From the NCBI RefSeq assembly GCF_009914755.1, contig NC_060932.1: DNA of 64,000 nucleotides. One strand, given 5' to 3'. The notes under the pieces are model-generated. The model saw only the letters and a list, made by a program, of their open reading frames with translations, was not told the origin of the DNA and ran no database searches. Each line of letters starts with the position of its first letter. Within the stretch, counting starts at the first letter, position 1. The translations under genes and the position numbers were made by a program. Shown here piece by piece: positions 61,260-64,000 of this stretch. The stretch is from the human T2T-CHM13v2.0 reference genome, Homo sapiens.

Positions 61260-62150
61260 AATCAGAAGCATACCAGTGTTTCCTGAAGCTAATCAAGATA
61301 AAACATCAGACAACCAGGAATTTAGGGTCAATTTATAAAGTAACTAGGCCTGCCTTCTTCAAAAATGTCAACATCACGAAAGACAAGGAAAGGCTGAGGA
61401 ATTGTTCCAGGCTTAAAAAGACTAAAGAGACAGCACCAGTGAATGCAAAACATGATCTGAACTGGTTCCTGGTCTGGGGGAAAAAAAAAAGGCTATCAAT
61501 AATGTTCTTGGGTCAGTTGACAAAATTGAATTATACACTTCAGTCAGGCAGAAGTACCACATCAAAGTTAAATTTCCTGAACATGATAATTACACTGTGG
61601 TTATAAAAGAGGATATCCTTGTTATTAGGAAACACATATTGAGTTATTAAAGGTATAGTATATGCAGCCTGCTTAAAAGTTCAGAAATAAATTACAAGTA
61701 TATATCCAGAAAGAAAGAGGGCCAAGTGTGGTGGCTCATGCCAGTAATCCCAGCACTTTGGGAGGCCTAGGCGGGCAGAGCCTTTAAGGTCAGGAGTTCG
61801 AGACCAGCCTGACCAACATGGTGAAACCTGTCTCTACTAAAAATACAAAAAAAAAAAATTAGACAGGTGTGGTAGCGCATGCCTGTAGTCCCAGACACTC
61901 AGGAGGCTGAGGCAAGAGAATCGCTTGAACCCAGGAGGCAGAGGTTGCAGTGAGCCAAGATTGTGTGACTACACTCCAGCCTCAGCCACAGAGCAAAACT
62001 CCGTCTCAAAAAAAAAAAAAGAGGATGATAAACAAATATGGCCAGAACTAGTAACTAGTAAATCTGACTAAAAGATCTACAGGAGTTCTTTTGTATTGTC
62101 CTTACGAATTTCCCTAAATTTGAAATCACTTCAAAACAAAAGTTTTCTTA
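61260..62150 (+). mobile_element. Old L1M (MC/MD/ME) 3' UTR fragment (contains Alu 61720-62020)
   Basis: TTCAAAAATGTCAACATCACGAAAGACAAGGAAAGGCTGAGGAATTGTTCCAG..TTAGGAAACACATATTGA..AAATTTGAAAT. Confidence 0.75.
61720..62020 (+). mobile_element. AluS
   Basis: full dimer; AAAGAGG on both flanks. Confidence 0.92.
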
Positions 62151-63016
62151 AAAAAGATTTAGCCAGCCTTGTAAGTTCCTTTCAACCCTCATGATTATGT
62201 CAAAGAGAAAGTATCAGTTTGGGACTAATATATCTTTTTTTTTTTTGGAGGGGGGACTAATATATCTTTAATATGTTTCTAACACTTCTGAATCTCCTTT
62301 TAGTAAAGAGAGAGCACAGGCCTCAGGCTCAGTCTTTGGCAAGCAGCAGTTACTAGCTAGAATTTAATAACATTGTTTTATTTTCATTGTGTTTACTTTG
62401 CATTTATTTTCTACTTATGGCAAGTAGTGTAGCATTCCTTGTGTAATAAGATACAAAATTACCTTTTAAGTATATTTATCTAATTTTAAAATGAGTTAAT
62501 GTAAAGAAAATATTAATATAAAAGTACAGGTAGTAGTTGGAAGGTAAACATGTGACTTTAATGACAATTGCCTGACATTTAGGAAACACTAGTCTATTCT
62601 AAAGACTTCATCTTAGAGATAGGCAAACCAGAACTCTGCAAGTTAGGTGGCTTTGCCCAAGATCACACAGTTCCTAGTGATGGAGACAGTCCATTGTCCG
62701 TTTCATAGTGATGGAGTCCATTGTCCGTTTCAGCACAGCACATTGCTGTGACTTACATCGCAAGAGTACTAAGAGCCAACCCTACAATGAGAAACACAGC
62801 TCAGAGTGGTACCAGCTATTATTTACACATGCACACACATGAAAATCAAGCAACTCGCAGCAAAGTCAAGCCTCACTGTTGGTTTAGGTCTTCAATACCG
62901 AAACAGTCTTATTTCTTCTTTTTTCACTTCCAGAGTGGCCAATGGACTGGACAATGAGTCATTCCTATGTAGCTTATATAAACAAATTCAAACCATTCTT
63001 TTTAAAAAGCACTCAT

Positions 63017-63200
63017 AGCCAAGTGTGGTGGTGCACGCCTGCAGGCCCAGCCACTTGAGAGGCCAAGGTGGGAGGATTGCTTGAGGCCAGGAGTTTGAGA
63101 CCAGCCAGGGCAACATAGCAAGACTTCCGTCTCCAAAAAATAAAAATGAAACAATTTCTGTCACCAAATTATGAAAATTCAAAAATAAAAATAAAAAAAT
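63017..63200 (+). mobile_element. FLAM-C monomer with A-rich tail
   Basis: GCCAAGTGTGGTGGTGCACGCC..GGAGGATTGCTTGAGGCCAGGAGTTTGAGACCAGCC; AAAAAGCACTCA recurs on both sides. Confidence 0.85.
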
Positions 63201-64000
63201 TTTTAAAAAATGTTTAAGTAAAAAGCACTCACAATCACAGAATTCTGGAAGCTTGGAAGAATAGCTAATTCCATCTTGTAAACAGTTTGAGAAATAGTTG
63301 AGGGAAGCAAAGCTGGGCTTTTACATGTTCCAGGGCACTGGCCCTGCATCCCAGCTCTTGTGCTTACAATTCCTGGAGCTGACAGTTCAAATATTTTCCT
63401 TTTTCTCTAATGTTCTTGCTCTCTTGATGCCATTTTCTACAAATCTAAAGATTTTATTTGGTCTTCAGTGAAAAATTACAACCACTGGGGTGAGTGCTAA
63501 TGGGATGTCTGATCTAGCCCTTTTGCTACTGTCAGGGACTTCAACTCGTAAACTCACTAGCAAGAGGAGAATCCACCCTGCTTAGGAGGGTGCCAGAGAA
63601 GGTCATTTTACAACTTTCAGACACTCATTCTAGCTGGCAAGACAGTTTTCCTCTTGCTAATTGAATCCGCCCAGCCAAGAGTGCATGCACGTCTCTCTTC
63701 GTTCCCTTCTCCGTGGACAGCAATGGCCTCCTGTTTTTGTAAAATAAACTTTACGTGTTTGAAGATTATTCCCGAACTTCCCCTTGACTTTTTCTCTCCA
63801 AAATGGCCTCTTCCTAGTTTTTCCATCTTCATGCAAAAATAACATCTACCAATCTACTTTTTCATCTTTGTGGCTTACCTCTGAGTTTTCATCTTACTTT
63901 TTCCTGTCACTCATAAGTTGTTGAGTCCAGAACAGAGCACAGTATTTTGAGGGCGTGTGTAGTCAGTGCAAAAATGCCCAACATCCCTGCTTCCTTGGAA

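Overview
Primate, very probably human, euchromatic non-coding DNA (intronic or intergenic). I cannot name the locus. I find no credible protein-coding exon, RNA gene or CpG-island promoter. Roughly half the window is interspersed repeat: about 24 Alu/FLAM copies, L1 (L1PA, L1PB, L1M), many MIR/L2 fragments, LTRs (MLT2A with a nested MER9, MLT1D, LTR10-like, MER51A, MLT2), an ERV-L integrase/dUTPase remnant, Tigger1, MER20, MER5 and a hAT transposase remnant. The long ORFs are artefacts of tandem repeats or Alus. The main signal is a cluster of locally templated insertions at about 9-19 kb: 100-310 bp pieces of unique DNA copied in direct orientation from 1.5-2.4 kb away, at roughly 82%, 87% and 97% identity. 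One is nested inside the donor of another, and the junctions show microhomology and fold-back. Also notable are a 22 x 48-bp minisatellite made from an L1 3' terminus, a near poly(A)-only retrotransposition scar and a 62-bp orphan insert. Repeat subfamily names come from recalled consensus sequences and identities are hand counts; both need confirming computationally.
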